Notes: a model not told the origin generated them from the letters alone. A stretch of DNA of 64,000 nucleotides from Antechinus flavipes (GCF_016432865.1 NC_067399.1:476966001-477030000), one strand, 5' to 3'. Counted from the stretch's first letter, positions 1 to 13,006 are shown. Translations and numbers: made by a program.

Positions 1-749
1 TAGAGAAACCTGGGAAGGGAGATAGGTGAGAGGAAGCCTATAGGGAGTATTTAGAATACTCCCAACAAGGACCTAATAGCTTCGGAAAAGACAGTGGCCT
101 ATCCATCAAAAATTTTAGCCTTTGCCCCAAGGTAGAGTGGGATTAGTAGGAAAGATAATTCCAGGGAGAGGTCTTTCATAAGTATAAGATTCTTGGCATG
201 GTAGCCCAGGAGTGGTCACTGGGTGATGGTAGGGGAAAGTACAGGACCACAAGGTAGGCCTGAGGCAACAATTGCCATGGAAAGGAAGAACACTCATTTT
301 AGGTTGAAGGCCTTAGGCAAAGGTCCATTTGCTCTGGATATTTCTTTGGAGCAATATTATAGGCATTCTGGATTACAAGGAGTAAGACATGTTGCAGAAT
401 CACATAATATTAGATCTGGGATAGCCCTCAGACTATTTTTTTTATGGTCCCCTTTCAGGTCTGATATTCTATATTTCATGCTTATTCATTTGACTCGGTA
501 ATTACATTTACATAAGATTTAAAAATTAAGAAAAGATTTTCATTTGATATTACTTTCTTTAAGCCTCTCAATAATCTACCTGGGTTCTACAGGTATCATT
601 TCTCCTTTTAAAGAAGAAAACCAATCTTAGAAAGGTTAAAGAACTTTTCCATTATCACACAGCTTGTTTTTGTTCTTGTTTTTTCCCCAAAGAATTTGTA
701 GTGACAAAGAAATGGAATATTAATCAATTGGGGAAAGACTGAACCACTG

Positions 750-1180
750 GTGGTACATGAATGTGGATGTGGTAGAATAATTTTGTTCTGTAAAAAACCT
801 AAATGTAATGAAAGTAGAGAAGTATGGAAAGACATTCACTGATGGAAAAGCAAGCAAAAGGAAGAAAACAATAAACACAATGGTTATAGAAATGTAAATG
901 GAGGGAAAGAACCACAACAAAACAAACAAAATCAAATGCTGAGACATTATTACAAATTGTGACAAAAAAGGATAGATTTAAGAAGGCATCTCCCTCCACT
1001 TTTTTTTTTTTCAGAAGTGGGATACTGTGGGTGTGTAATATTGTATATAAGATCAAATATTTTCTCAATGTTAATTTTAGTGAATTGCTTTTCTTTCTTT
1101 TTTCCTTCCTTATTATAAAATTTTGTCCTGTGAGAAGGAGACACACTGGGATATGTAAGTGGTATAAAATTAAAATTTTT
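750..1180 (+). mobile_element. Old L1 3' UTR fragment
   Basis: Resembles marsupial L1 3' end (aagtatggaaagac..., T-rich tract, AT-rich end); heavily diverged. Confidence 0.5.
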
Positions 1181-1185
1181 CTGTC

Positions 1186-1380
1186 TAGTCATTTCAGTCA
1201 CGTCCATCTCTCTATGACCCTTTGACTATGGAATTTCTGGTCCAGGATACTGGAATGATTCATATTTCCTTCTCCAGCTCAATTTACAGATAAGGAAACT
1301 AAGGTTAAGTGACTTGCCCATATAGCTAGTAAGTATTTGAGGCCATATTTGGAATCAAGTCCTCCTAACTCCAGGCCCAG
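1186..1380 (-). mobile_element. CORE-SINE (Mar1/MIR family)
   Basis: CORE motif acagataaggaaact...aagtgacttgccc...agctagtaagt plus an RTE-like tail (gtcatttcagtcacgtcc...tatgaccc). Confidence 0.7.
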
Positions 1381-2904
1381 CTAAATAACAATACAATTTT
1401 TTAACGTATTGAGGGGGTGATATTTGAACTCAGGACTTATTCCAAGTCTATATTATACTAGGCCATGCTGATTTCCCCTCAAACAGAGATAGGTGTTACA
1501 GACTCAAAGACTTACACTTTATAGAAAAACAGAAGTAAGAAGCATTTTTGTGAGAAATTATTGCCCAGAGGATCTTATCTGCTTCCCATCAAATTACTTC
1601 CCCTAAGATCATGTACTCTGTGATGGACAAGGCCCACTCTGGGCAGGAGCCTTGTTTGTCTGCATGTGCATCCCTGAGAAAGAGTTCTTTGCTCCAGGAG
1701 AACCACCTCCTGCACTGGACCCCAGTGTTACATAGGTGGTTTTATTCCCACCCACCGGTTAGCGAAAGCCTGACAGAAGCATGTTTATTAATGAGCCTCC
1801 TTGCACTTGTTAGGAGGAATAGGACCCTAGAGCTATCTCCCCTGCAGAGCCAAAAGGGAACTGACTGGTTACTGGAAGGTGATGATCCCTGATCTTGTAC
1901 AAACTCCAAAGGCAAAATCTAGCACTCAGGAACAGAATGGAAATTTGTGACACTCTATGGAGGATTTCAGGCCCATAAACCAGAGACAGTATGTAGTTGC
2001 TCATCTGTGACAGATATAATAGGGATAATCGGTACTTAATAAGTAATCCAAGGCTAATTAAATGTTACTAATATACATTGCAAAGGTTCCTCCCATTCCC
2101 CCCCACACACACACATACTTTTTTTTTTTAATATAATTTTAGACTTTGTGGCATGAGGAAGGCGAAAGTCCCTTGGATGACCAATTTCAGGAATTCTAGG
2201 AAAAAAATTGTTTAGATATGATGTCAAGCCACAGATTCAACTAGCCTCTTGTTTATTCTTTAGCATGTGGAGTTAGTATGTGCAGAGGCATGGACTTTAC
2301 CAGTGACAATGGTATGTGTCAAATCTGGGTTATTTTTATGAGCACCCCAGAATCAGAGCTAAGTCAAGCAAATAAGACTTAGTCCTAGGGCACTGGCATG
2401 GGGGATGGAGCGGACCTAGGTGAATGTCATTGCTTTATCCCTGTCACAGCCTGTGGTCCAAGCAACCCTGGACCCTCTGGGCCACTCACTCCCAACACAA
2501 CCGTGCCCATCGTGGGCCTTGCTTCTCTCCTGATATAGTCCCTTCCTACTCTTTTACCACCCCCATTTACTGAACTGATACTGACTTCAGTTCCATCAAG
2601 ATAGAGCTCTATCAAAAATTTTAAAATCCATGTGCTTATAGAAACATATGTCTGCAAATAGGTAATGTGCACACCTATATACATATAATTTATAAATGAA
2701 TTGCATGCATATATTCCCTATTTGTGTGCATATATGCATACATATGTGCATATATACATATTGTGTGTATGTGAAACCTAAGGTTTTCACTCTGATTATC
2801 ATTTACCTGCTCCTGAACTTTTTCATTAGCAAATTTCAGAAACACCATCCAGTGCACAAAGCCACTCTGATCATATCTGAATGATTACACTGAGGGAAAA
2901 GAAG

Positions 2905-3065
2905 CATGGAACAGTGGAAACAACTTGGACATAGCAGCTTTGGGATGAATCCTGGCTTTATTGCTATTTACTGCCTAAGTGTCCTTGAACAAGGTACCGG
3001 ATCTCTCTGAACATTCATTTGTAAAGGAAAGGATTGGACTAAATGATCTCTAGATCCTTCTGACT
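2905..3065 (+). mobile_element. MIR fragment
   Basis: tRNA-like head remnant and core: ccttgaacaag...tctctgaac...tttgtaaa...ggattggactaaatgatctct. Confidence 0.55.
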
Positions 3066-3224
3066 CTGGATACCACGGCCCTGCACAGGAGGCCAGCCTT
3101 AGGCCATTACTCTCTCTGACCCAAGCTCTAAAGGACAGCCGTTCGGGTTATTCCTGAAATCACTGGGAAAATGTCCAATTTTCCTCTATGAGGGACTTTG
3201 GGGAGCTCCTTTGAGAGCTGTGTG

Positions 3225-3445
3225 TCTCAGGAAATAGAACTCTGCATCTGGAATCAGGAAGAGCTGAATTCAAATCCAGATTCAGATACTTACTAGCTGT
3301 ATCACCCTGGCAAGTCACTTAATCTCAGTTTGCTTCAGTTGGCTCAGCTGCCAAATGGAGATGTTACAGGATTCTTGTGAGATAACATTTGTAAAATGAT
3401 TAGCACAGTGCCTGACACATAGAAGACCCTGAATAAATGCTGATT
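3225..3445 (+). mobile_element. MIR/Ther SINE
   Basis: ggaatcaggaagagctgaattcaaatccag...tagctgtatcaccctggcaagtcacttaatctc...ttagcacagtgcctgacacatag. Confidence 0.75.
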
Positions 3446-3477
3446 CCCCTCTTCCTGCCCATGAGATCTAAATGACC

Positions 3478-3590
3478 AAGTCAGTCAACAGGTATATTTC
3501 AAGGACTTATTATGTAACGGACATAGCATAAGGACCAAAACTAATGATAGTTCTGCCCTCAAGGAGCTTACACTCTGATGGGGGAAGGCA
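3478..3590 (-). mobile_element. L2 3' end fragment
   Basis: cagtcaacagg...ttctgccctcaaggagcttacactct. Confidence 0.55.
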
Positions 3591-3754
3591 AAACATAAAA
3601 TAAAGCTGGAAAAGGGGGAGGGAGAAAGTACCCCTAAATGACATATGATGTGCATATTGTAAAGTGGTGAGAAATGAATAAAAACAATGCCCACCTGCAA
3701 GTCCTCTTTAATAGAAGTCGTTGAAGTAGTTATTCAATAAGTAGACTTCAATGA

Positions 3755-3870
3755 GTCTGGAAGGGGGAGTGAGGCTGATGACTTTGCATAGCTCTGACTC
3801 TCTTAAATCCAATTTATGGCAAGTCAAGACATTGCTCTTTTGATGTCATTGGTGCTCTTTGAAAACAGTA
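3755..3870 (+). mobile_element. Marsupial RTE-associated SINE (WALLSI/RTESINE-like) 3' part
   Basis: gactttgcatagctctgactctcttaaatccaatt...gatgtcattggtgctctttgaaaac; the same family occurs reversed at 37835-37940; family name from recall. Confidence 0.5.
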
Positions 3871-4708
3871 CAATGTAAGGATGAGTTTCACCCTCCCTGG
3901 CCATCTGGAAGACACTTTATTTTTTAAAAATAATATTTTATTTCCCTTCCAATTGTATGTAAAGACAATTTTTACAAAATTTTGAGTTCTTTTTCTCCCT
4001 CCCTCTCTTCCTTTCTACTTCCTTCCTTCTCTCCTCTTCCTAAAACAGTAAGGATTTGATTTAGATCTTATTCTTTTTGAATAAGAAGCACCATACTTTG
4101 GAAGTGTATATCTAGGATAAAGTGATCTTTCAGGATGAAGAGTTTTCTAGGACATAACAGAGAAGTCTGAAGTGCAACTTTATGAGAAATGACATCATGT
4201 GATACCTCTTCTACTCACCCGAGATTAAGAAGGGGTTCCCAATCTGGTCTAACGTCACATTCTCTAAAAAAAGCCCAAGCATTTTGAACACAGTAGCTGT
4301 AACATTGTGTGATGATCAACTCCAAGACAATTATAAAGACTCATGATGTGAAATGGTACCCACATCCAGAGAAAGAACTGATGGATTCTGAATGCAAATT
4401 AAAGCATACTATTTTCACTTTTTTTTTCGTGTTATTTTTTCCTTTTGATCTGTTTCTTCTTTCACAACTATAAGTAATATGGAAATGTTTTATATGATTG
4501 AATTCATACAATCTAAATCAAATTGTTTATAATTTTAGAAAGAGGGGAGAGGAAGAGAGGGAGGGAAGAAAATTTGGAACTTAAAATTTTGTAAAAATGA
4601 ATGCTAAAAATTGTCTTTACATACAATTGAGAGAAATAAAATATTATTATTTTTTTAAATCAAGTGTTTTCCAGATGGCCAAGGAAGGTGAAACTCACCC
4701 TTGCATTG
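3871..4708. repeat. Local inverted duplication, arms 3871-4066 and 4511-4708
   Basis: 3874-3917 matches the reverse complement of 4662-4705 at 39/44; similarity continues through the L1 tail to atttgatttagat / atctaaatcaaat. Confidence 0.85.
4290..4650 (+). mobile_element. L1 3' UTR / 3' end
   Basis: atccagagaaagaactgatggattctgaatgcaaattaaagcatact...gaaaatttggaacttaaaatttt...aaataaaat. Confidence 0.75.
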
Positions 4709-5399
4709 CAGTGAAAAGAATACTTAAAATGTCAGACAGCATAGGCTTTCTCATTACATTTTCTCATTATTAAATCAGATACTTTCTTTTCTCTGGGCCT
4801 CAGTTTCTCTTCCATAAAATGGATGATCTCTCAGGTCACTTCTAATTTTAATACCCTATGGCTCTATGGTTTGAGCAATTTTTATGATATTGGCCAAGTG
4901 TTTGGATTTCAATGGGAGCTTCAATAATCTCCTCATGATGGAAAAGATTCCCAAATGTTTCCAGAATTCTCCTTTTCTTTCACTTAGGTAATCATATTTC
5001 TGTAAGCCAGTTGTTTGCTGAAGAGGGAAAAGAAGCAGAAACCACAGGATTTCTAAAATGATCTGCCTTATGAAGAAACAACCTATTCTTCAAGTTCTAA
5101 ATGTCTGGTCTAGGCTTTGTTCCAAAGGACTTCTTTTTCAATAAATGGACAAAAACCTTTGTAAGTGGTATTCATGCATTGCCAAGACTCTCATTTTGTT
5201 CTTAATAATACTCTGTAAACTTCAAAGCACTATGTGAATATGAGTTATTAGTATTAATACCAATATCAGGATCATCAATGAATATCATCATTCAATCAGC
5301 ATTTTTAAACATCTGTTGTAGGACAGGCATTATGTTAGGCTCTGAAAATATTCAACACTCATTATCTGATCTCACTGGTGTAGAAGTTCCCTTGAATGA

Positions 5400-5640
5400 T
5401 TCAGATGGCAAAACATTCAACACCCACTCAAATTGTGTGAATTTTGTCCATATCCTCTCAATGTCATCACAAAGTCATACCCAACGTGGCTGAAAATTTC
5501 CTTGATTTCTCCTGCTATCTCAAGGGTACAAGTGGAGGCTTCTGCCTATCCGCCTATGATTCAACATGTGACTAGCCCATCTTGTTTTATATCAGACAAT
5601 TCCTTGATATCTGTTATTCCTATTCTTCGGAGTGCTGGAC
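5400..5640 (-). mobile_element. RTE-clade LINE 3' coding remnant
   Basis: Minus strand gives KTRWASHM (RWAGHV-like) and LYP*D (HWYPRD-like) motifs of the marsupial RTE C-terminus. Confidence 0.5.
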
Positions 5641-5644
5641 GTAA

Positions 5645-5890
5645 CTAAGTAGTACAATGAATAGAGAACTAGACCTGGAGTCAGGAAGAACTGAGGAAAG
5701 ATATCTGTGAGCTTTCTAAAGCTAAGCAAGTCATTTAATTTCTGTCTGTCTCAATTTCCTCAGCTGTATAAAATGATGATAATAATAGTAGCTAACTCTT
5801 AGGGATGCTATGAAGACTAAATGAAATAACATATGTAAAGCACTTAACGTAGCACCTAGCCATAATCATCACTTAACAAGTATTTGTTTC
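5645..5890 (+). mobile_element. MIR
   Basis: gaactagacctggagtcaggaag...caagtcatttaa...caatttcctcagctgtataaaatg...tgtaaagcactt. Confidence 0.7.
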
Positions 5891-5974
5891 CTTCCTTCTT
5901 CATCGATTGTTACAGCCTACTCATATCTCTCTGTTTCTGTGTGCTATTCATTTTTCATCCTTCAAAATTACGAG

Positions 5975-6100
5975 GTAAAGTGCTTCAGTGGATAAAGCAC
6001 CAGCCTTGGAGTCAGGGGTACCTGAGTGCAAATCTAGACTCAGATACTTACTAGCTGTGTGATCCTAGGCAAATCACTTAACTCCAGTTGTCTGAAAAGA
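5975..6100 (+). mobile_element. WSINE1-like short CORE-SINE
   Basis: cagtggataaagcaccagccttggagtcagggg...tagctgtgtgatcctaggcaaatcacttaactccagttgtct plus A tail. Confidence 0.7.
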
Positions 6101-7394
6101 AAATTGTATGCTATGTCTTTCTGCCATACAATAATATAATTGATAATTTGGTCTTAAATTAATAAAACTTTGCTTTTATGAGAAGTTTGGGGTCAGTAAA
6201 GAAGTGTAGTCATTTCTTGGAGGCAATTCAGCACACTGTTTTTCTCCTGTTCAACTCTGATCTCAATTTATTTTCCATCTGTATGATTTGTTCCAGATAT
6301 ATCTACAAATGAAAAAGCTCTGTAAGTTGTCAGTCCAAATAAACACTTAAATACAGGCAATAGATCTTCATCCATTTGGTTTTTCCTTGTGGATGGTCAG
6401 GTAAAACTCCTTTAATGGTTACCTATCCCTTTCAAGAGACCCTGAAATATTCCAGAGCTTTATATAATTAACAAGATGGCACCTGCAAACAGAAGCATCT
6501 GGAAGGTCTCACTATCCCTAGGGAAACTGTTTTGACCTGCATTCTGTATTGGATCTCTCCCCATTGTTTTGCAAGCACATTCCTCCTTATTTTATGTCTT
6601 ATCTGATAATGAGAATCAAAGAACTGGGTTGTTTTTTATTCTATGGAATTTTATTCAGTTTTGCTCTGTATATTGAAGATATCTTGTTGGAAAAACATCC
6701 AGAAAAATACTTTATTCTGCTAAATCAAATATTCTTTCATAATCAACAAACAATAGACACAATAGATCTTATGTGCTATTGTGATACATTAAAATAAAAC
6801 AAGATCATATATCCCACTAGAGAAGCAAAATAGCCCCTGATCTTTAAGAACTTTTGATATAACATTTTCTATTGAGAATCACAGACTTCAAAGCTGGAAG
6901 TGAATGTGCAGGCTCTTCAATCCAATCCCTTCATTTTCTAGAAGGAAACTGAGTCTGTACAAGTTTAAATGAATTGTCCAAAGCCACACAAGGAGTAAAA
7001 ATTCAGAGATGGGATTCAGATTGGATAAACTGACCATTTGATTTTGTTTCTTAGTGAACTTTCTAAAGGAATTATAATATACTTAAAAGAGTTTTAAAAG
7101 TGAAGTTTTGGGGGTAGTTTTGTTTATTTTTAATGTCATAATCTTATTGCAACCCTATAGCTTCCCTGAAAGATAGTCAGGGCAAATACTATTCTCTCTA
7201 TTTTATAGGCTAGGAAACTAAGGATCAAAAAATTAAGTTATTTGCTTGGGGTCAGAGGGAGAGTTGAAGGCCTGTATTTTATAACTAAAATCCATACTAA
7301 CCAGATCTAGATATAATCTAAGATTCACAGACCTAACTTTACTAACACTTTTCAGTTCACTGTTCTTTCCTCAATACTAGATTTTCTTAATCCA

Positions 7395-8000
7395 AGAAAG
7401 GAAGAGAAAGATAGGGGGAGGGAAAGGGAGAGGCAGAGGGAAGAAGGGGAGGAGGAGGGGGAGAGGAAAGGGAAAATGGGAATGGGAGAGGAAGAGGGAA
7501 AGGGGGAGGGAAACAGAGAGATAGAAACAGAGAGAGAGATACACAGAGAAAGACAGAGACAGAAAGACACACAAAGACACGGAGATGGACACACACAGAA
7601 AGCAGAAATATCAGAGAGAAAGAAAGGAGGGAAAGAAAACAGAAATGAAGNNNNNNNNNNNNNNNNNNNNNNNNNNNNNNNNNNNNNNNNNNNNNNNNNN
7701 NNNNNNNNNNNNNNNNNNNNNNNNNNNNNNNNNNNNNNNNNNNNNNNNNNNNNNNNNNNNNNNNNNNNNNNNNNNNNNNNNNNNNNNNNNNNNNNNNNNN
7801 NNNNNNNNNNNNNNNNNNNNNNNNNNNNNNNNNNNNNNNNNNNNNNNNNNNNNNNNNNNNNNNNNNNNNNNNNNNNNNNNNNNNNNNNNNNNNNNNNNNN
7901 NNNNNNNNNNNNNNNNNNNNNNNNNNNNNNNNNNNGGCAGGAAGGGAGGGAAAGAAAGAGGGAGGAAGACAGTTCCCTAAAAGTGAAAGAAAAGGAGGGA
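7395..8000. repeat. GA-rich low-complexity tract containing assembly gap 7651-7935
   Basis: Purine-rich simple repeats flank an N run. Confidence 0.9.
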
Positions 8001-10559
8001 ATTTGGGCATTTTTTTTTAAACAAATGGCTCCATTAATATGGTTGTCAAAGTATTTGCATCCAATGAAGCCAAACAATAGAGGATTCCAAAAGAATCCAA
8101 AGTCTGTTGCTGAGTCTGATCAGAGGATTTGTTGGAAACCTGGGAAGAAAGGAGGAATCTTGAACCCTTGAGCCACACCCTTTCCCTTTCTCTGCCAGAA
8201 ATCTCTGTCTTTCCCAGAGACAGGAAACAAGATGCTCTCAGTCTCATTATTCAGTCAGAGCTTCTCCCTTGGGGACACAACCTCCTCCTCCAACACTGTT
8301 AAGGACAGAGAATTTCTCCCATGGCTTATAAACCAACCCTGCAAATGCTATGGAAGATTGCTATGGTGATTTTATGATATCTCGGTGCCTGATCATCAAA
8401 GTACCTCCCAAATCTTACCAAAGAATCCCTAATTAAAATTTAAACTGGTTTAATTAAAAGAAATTATATCTTCAATTTTAATTCATACTAAAGTATGAAA
8501 TGATATTCCAACCGATAGGCTTCTGGTAACCAATGAAAAACATTGAATATCATTGCTACCAATGGGCTGACACCCACTATATATACTTTTGGGAATCTGG
8601 GAGATTTGATTCAACAATTCAATTTAATGCAACAAGAATTTATTAAGTGCCTACTATGTGCAAGACACCAGGGATACAAAACCAAAGTGAAAAATGGTCT
8701 TTTGTCTTCAAGAAAATTCCTTTTGGGGAAATATAGGAAATAATGATATAAACCATTTCGGTTAGATATGATTTTGTCAGCATTTCATCTCAAATGTGTA
8801 TTCTGGCTTTGAAGGAAAGAAAACCTAAAAAAAAAATCCCTTGGGAAATCCTAAACAACTGTTCTAGAAGGAAAGCTAAGTGTAGGAAGGAAATGAGACA
8901 TACTTGGGAGTTGTAATTACAGACAGAAGACCTGGTCCCCAGATCTGCCATTTATAACCAGGAAACCAATCAGAGAAAACTTCTGAGCCTCAGTTTTCTC
9001 ATACATAAAATCAAGGAGTTAGACTAGATGACCTCTAAGTTTCTTTCCAGCTGTACTATTCCATGATTATGGGAATCTGTTCTGTAAACAAACTGGCTAG
9101 TAGTATGGAAAAAAAAAAGTGAATGGGATTTAGAATTGATGGATCTGGATTCAAGTTTTACTCTTTCCATTTAATTCTTTTGTGATCATGGCAATCTCTC
9201 TTAAACTCTTCTGGGTCTTTATTCTCAAGTCAGTTGTCCTATTCAGACATAGAATAAATAAAATTATAAAATTCAATTTAGCACACCCTACCCTTAAATA
9301 TAGACTAGATTCAAAGTACATTGACCAGAAGTCTCCTCTTAGCCCAGTAATTTCAAACACAAATCACGTTTCAAGACTGTAACACTGACTTATTTGAAAT
9401 TCTACTTTCATAATGTTTCTCTCCATATGGACTTGGAAATGCTATGAAGTTCTTGCATAGAGACAAAGGGGAGGGAACATTTCTGGGACAGGTCTTATAT
9501 TCAGATTTCTGGTTTAATCTGATTTTTTAAAAATTTAGGTAGTGGTCTTCAACAATATTTTTTAACTGGATGGTTGAATTGAATTTTCTGTCTCATCAGA
9601 ATCACAGATCCTAATATTAGGTCCCAGATTTTTAAGACTGGAAAGACATTAATGATTGAATAGTCTCATCCCCTTTGTTTTATAAACAAGGAGGAGAAAG
9701 GTAAGTGACTTTTTAAAGTTCAACTATTTGCTAACTAGCAATTACAAGTTGAAAGTCAGATCTTCTAATTCTAAATCCAGTTTTCTTCCTATGTCGGTAC
9801 TTCTCTGTCTGCTAGTTGAATCTGTGAGAATAACTAAAAATAATAATAATAAAGAAACATTTATTGAGCACCCCACAATGGTGCAGAATTCGGATCCAGA
9901 GGGCCCCAGACAGGAACCTGAAGTGTGGAGTCAGGACAATAGAAGGGCAAAGGAGGGGAACCACCTCTCATCACTCTGGTTTTCTAGCCAGAGGTTAGAG
10001 AAACAGGCTGTGCCCTTCCTGCTGCCTGGCCATTGCCTCTGACATGGGTTTGTCTATCCCATTCTTTTTAGCACAAGCTGTCCCTGTTCCTGTGGAAGGT
10101 GGGAGCCATGCACCCTCCTGCTGGCAGCTCCTGCGTCTTTCCTTCCCAGTCATTGGTCTCGTTCTTTTTTCTTCTCAGAGACCTGTAAAGGGCGGAGGAA
10201 AGCTCCACATATTTTCCATCCCTGTTATATACAGTAGCTTGTTTTATGACTTTGTTTTAAAAACTATTGGCTTAGGGTGCAATAACACAGATGTCTTTGC
10301 CTCACAAGAGAACCATGAATTTCCACTTCTCTCTTCTCTGTGACAGCTCCATTACCATCCGTGGTTATTCTCTTCTTTGGCCCTGAAACAAGAAAAAAAA
10401 AATGATTCTTTTCTCCTACAATCTCCTCTTAAAATAGGATAATAGGATCGATAGAATCTGGTATCCAGTCTCCCCTAGTAGGTCCCCCCTAATATAAGTG
10501 ACCATCCCTATAGGAGCCAGTGGTCTCCTGGTAGCTCGTCCCCACAGGAGTGATAAAGC

Positions 10560-10953
10560 TCTCATTGGAAAAATACGCTTTTTCCCCCTCGCATGCGCAC
10601 AACAGACATTTAAGTAAGTGGAGGCAGCACACCACAACTGAGAAAACTTTGTTGGTTGTCTTACTAAATCTTCACCTACATGACCCAGGTTTGACAACTT
10701 CTTAACACTCTCAGAAAATAGTGAATGCCGTGTAAAGAGCTCAGAGCTCCATCAGCTTCTCTTGGAAATATCTTAATTCAGATTGGATTGGGGGAGGGGG
10801 GAAAGGGGGGGATTACAGACACATCGTGGCAATGTTGGCGTTGTGCAGAGAAGTCATCTTGTCTTGTGTTTTTGTGGAGAATTCTCCCTTTTCTGTAACA
10901 TGTCAGATTGTCATGGTGCAGTGTCGGGATGTTTAAAATGGTAAGGTGTGAGT
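10560..10953 (+). promoter_or_regulatory. Candidate alternative promoter and first exon
   Basis: NRF1-like CGCATGCGCA at 10590-10599; two ATTGG (reverse CCAAT) at 10782-10791; G-runs 10790-10811; retained CpGs; donor AAAATG|GTAAGG at 10940/10941. Confidence 0.35.
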
Positions 10954-11999
10954 TTAATTAGCATGGAACCAATTTCTTGCTCTCTAATAATAACACCTTG
11001 AATTTATATATCACCCTCCCTCCAAGAAGCTTAAAGCATGAAGAATGAATTTTCTCATTTTGCTTCACCACACACCAAAGGCACAGGTAGGGGCTCTCAT
11101 CTATAGATGGGGAAACTAAGGCACAAGGAGTCCAAGGCTCTCTAACCCTAACCTAGCAATACAATCAGCTATAAAAAGGGGGGGACTAGAAACAGGGAGC
11201 AGACCTCTAAATTCCTCATTTAAGCCGTTTATCTTGGATTTTCCTGCTACTTCCTAGATCTGTCTACTTTGTGCTAGAAAATAAATTCAAGGAAAATTTG
11301 TCTCTACTACCTCCCACCAGTTTGCCCTAACAGCATCCACATTGGTCCTAATAATTCTCCAGCTGACAAAGGAGGGATGGAGCTCATAAGAAAGGATGCT
11401 TTACAAAAGGGCCGTCCTGATCTGCACCTCAGGCATGCAATCAGTGATCGCACAGTGGATGAATGAATGAATATAACCAAAAAGCTAAATAGTAGGTAGT
11501 AAGTTTCCATCTCATCTCTACTTAGCCAGTCAACAAGCATTTATTAAACCCTTACTCTGAACCAGGCACACTTTCAGTCATATAGTCTCTCCAGAAGTAT
11601 TGAATCAAGTTTACTGCTGCCTTCCTGGAAATATGGAGTAGCTAGAATGGGATGGGATTCCTGATAGTCCTGACTGTTCCGAGGGGGTCTTGCACAGAGC
11701 CCCAACACAATCTATAACACTAAGCTAGTTGCTGAGCTGCTGCTCTCTGCAGTAATTGTGTGTCTGTATATTTGGTCCCACTTGCTGACTTTGATGAAGT
11801 TTTTCCATACTTGTAAGCAAGTACCTTTCACCAGGATGAGGATTAACCGGGGCTATTAGGGCTCGTCAAGAACAGATTCTTCCTCTTCCTTCATTTGAAA
11901 TGTTTTCTTCCTGGGGATTATGAGTTAATGCATCTGGAACAGCATTTACTCCTCCAGGTTTGTGGTTTCTCTGAAAGCCATATTCCAGGAATCATACAC

Positions 12000-12016
12000 G
12001 TGCCATCTGGCGACGG
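12000..12016 (-). promoter_or_regulatory. Candidate CTCF site (also a CAGATG E-box)
   Basis: Minus strand CCGTCGCCAGATGGCAC fits the CCASYAGRKGGCRS core; lies in a CpG-retaining unique island. Confidence 0.4.
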
Positions 12017-13006
12017 TTCCTGTTGGATCTGGGTTTGCCATTAAACATTGCAAAGAATACTAGCCATTTATCACCGTGAATCTGGCACCTTCTAAATATG
12101 GGGAGAAATGATCAATTCTTCAAATGGGAACTAAATCGAGCTGGGGTGCACCTCGATGACTTCTCAGCTCTGGGTTCTTTCTTTCACAAAATTAGAAAAT
12201 ATTAGGCTATTTGATAAGAACAGTTTACTGCTCTAAAGATATTGTTCCATCTTTCCTGGTAGATAATTGGGGGTGGGGCCTAAGAAATGTTCCTTTGAAG
12301 TCTAATCGCATAATCAGAATTTTAGTCTGTAAAGAACTTTTCATGTCTTCTGGTTCTCCTATTTCTAGGTGAGAAAACTGAGTCTTGGAGAAGTAAAATG
12401 ATCTGATCAAAGTCACAGAAATAATAATTGGCAAGGCCAGAATATGAAATCAGGTCCTTTAAACTTGAGTTAAGCTCTCTTTTGATATTGCATGGTGATT
12501 AATTTAAATATGACTTTTACCAAGAGTTCCTTGGTGACATAGGCATTTGGAACTCATGAGAAAGAGTGCTTTACACAGGAATTCCTCTGATGGTCAAAGT
12601 ATGACAAATCTATGTTGGAGATTAAGTATTTGGTATGGTGACATCTATTAAAAGTATTGTTCTTCAATTTTTATATATAAATATAAATATATAGGATGTA
12701 TAACATGTAAATATATAGTACTTTAATAATATATGATATATAACATATTATTAAATAAAAATATAAATTTGCATTTATTATCAATATTTAATTATCAATT
12801 ATCAAAAAAGGTAGTTGTGGACATAATTCTGTCTATAATGATGCTTAATTTCTAGTACACTTTTATTTGTCGAATTTTCAAGGATATTTCAGGGTTTTTA
12901 AAAAATATTATGGGGACCTGTTATCTGCTAATTTATAAAGGCTGGCAAGCTTCTGATGTAAAATTGAGGTATCCAGAAGATGCTATTTTTTTCAGCCTTT
13001 AGTGCA

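Noticed and set aside
4850-5020. Strong minus-strand acceptor with a 56-codon open frame
   Set aside because: No homology recognised, no good donor, and it runs into a MIR remnant.
5975-6100. tRNA gene, suggested by A/B-box-like motifs here and in other SINE heads
   Set aside because: These are tRNA-derived SINE heads running into the CORE domain, with no cloverleaf.
7352-8171. Long ORFs of 130-240 aa
   Set aside because: They span an N gap and GA-rich low-complexity sequence.
10260-10385. Minus-strand acceptor (TTTCAG|GGCCAAAG) with frame PKKRITTDGNG
   Set aside because: No recognisable protein, and the phase does not join the 22979/22970 donors.
10915-10940. Resemblance to miR-30 (minus strand TTTAAACATCCCGACAC)
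   Set aside because: Seed mismatch and no complementary arm forming a pre-miRNA hairpin.
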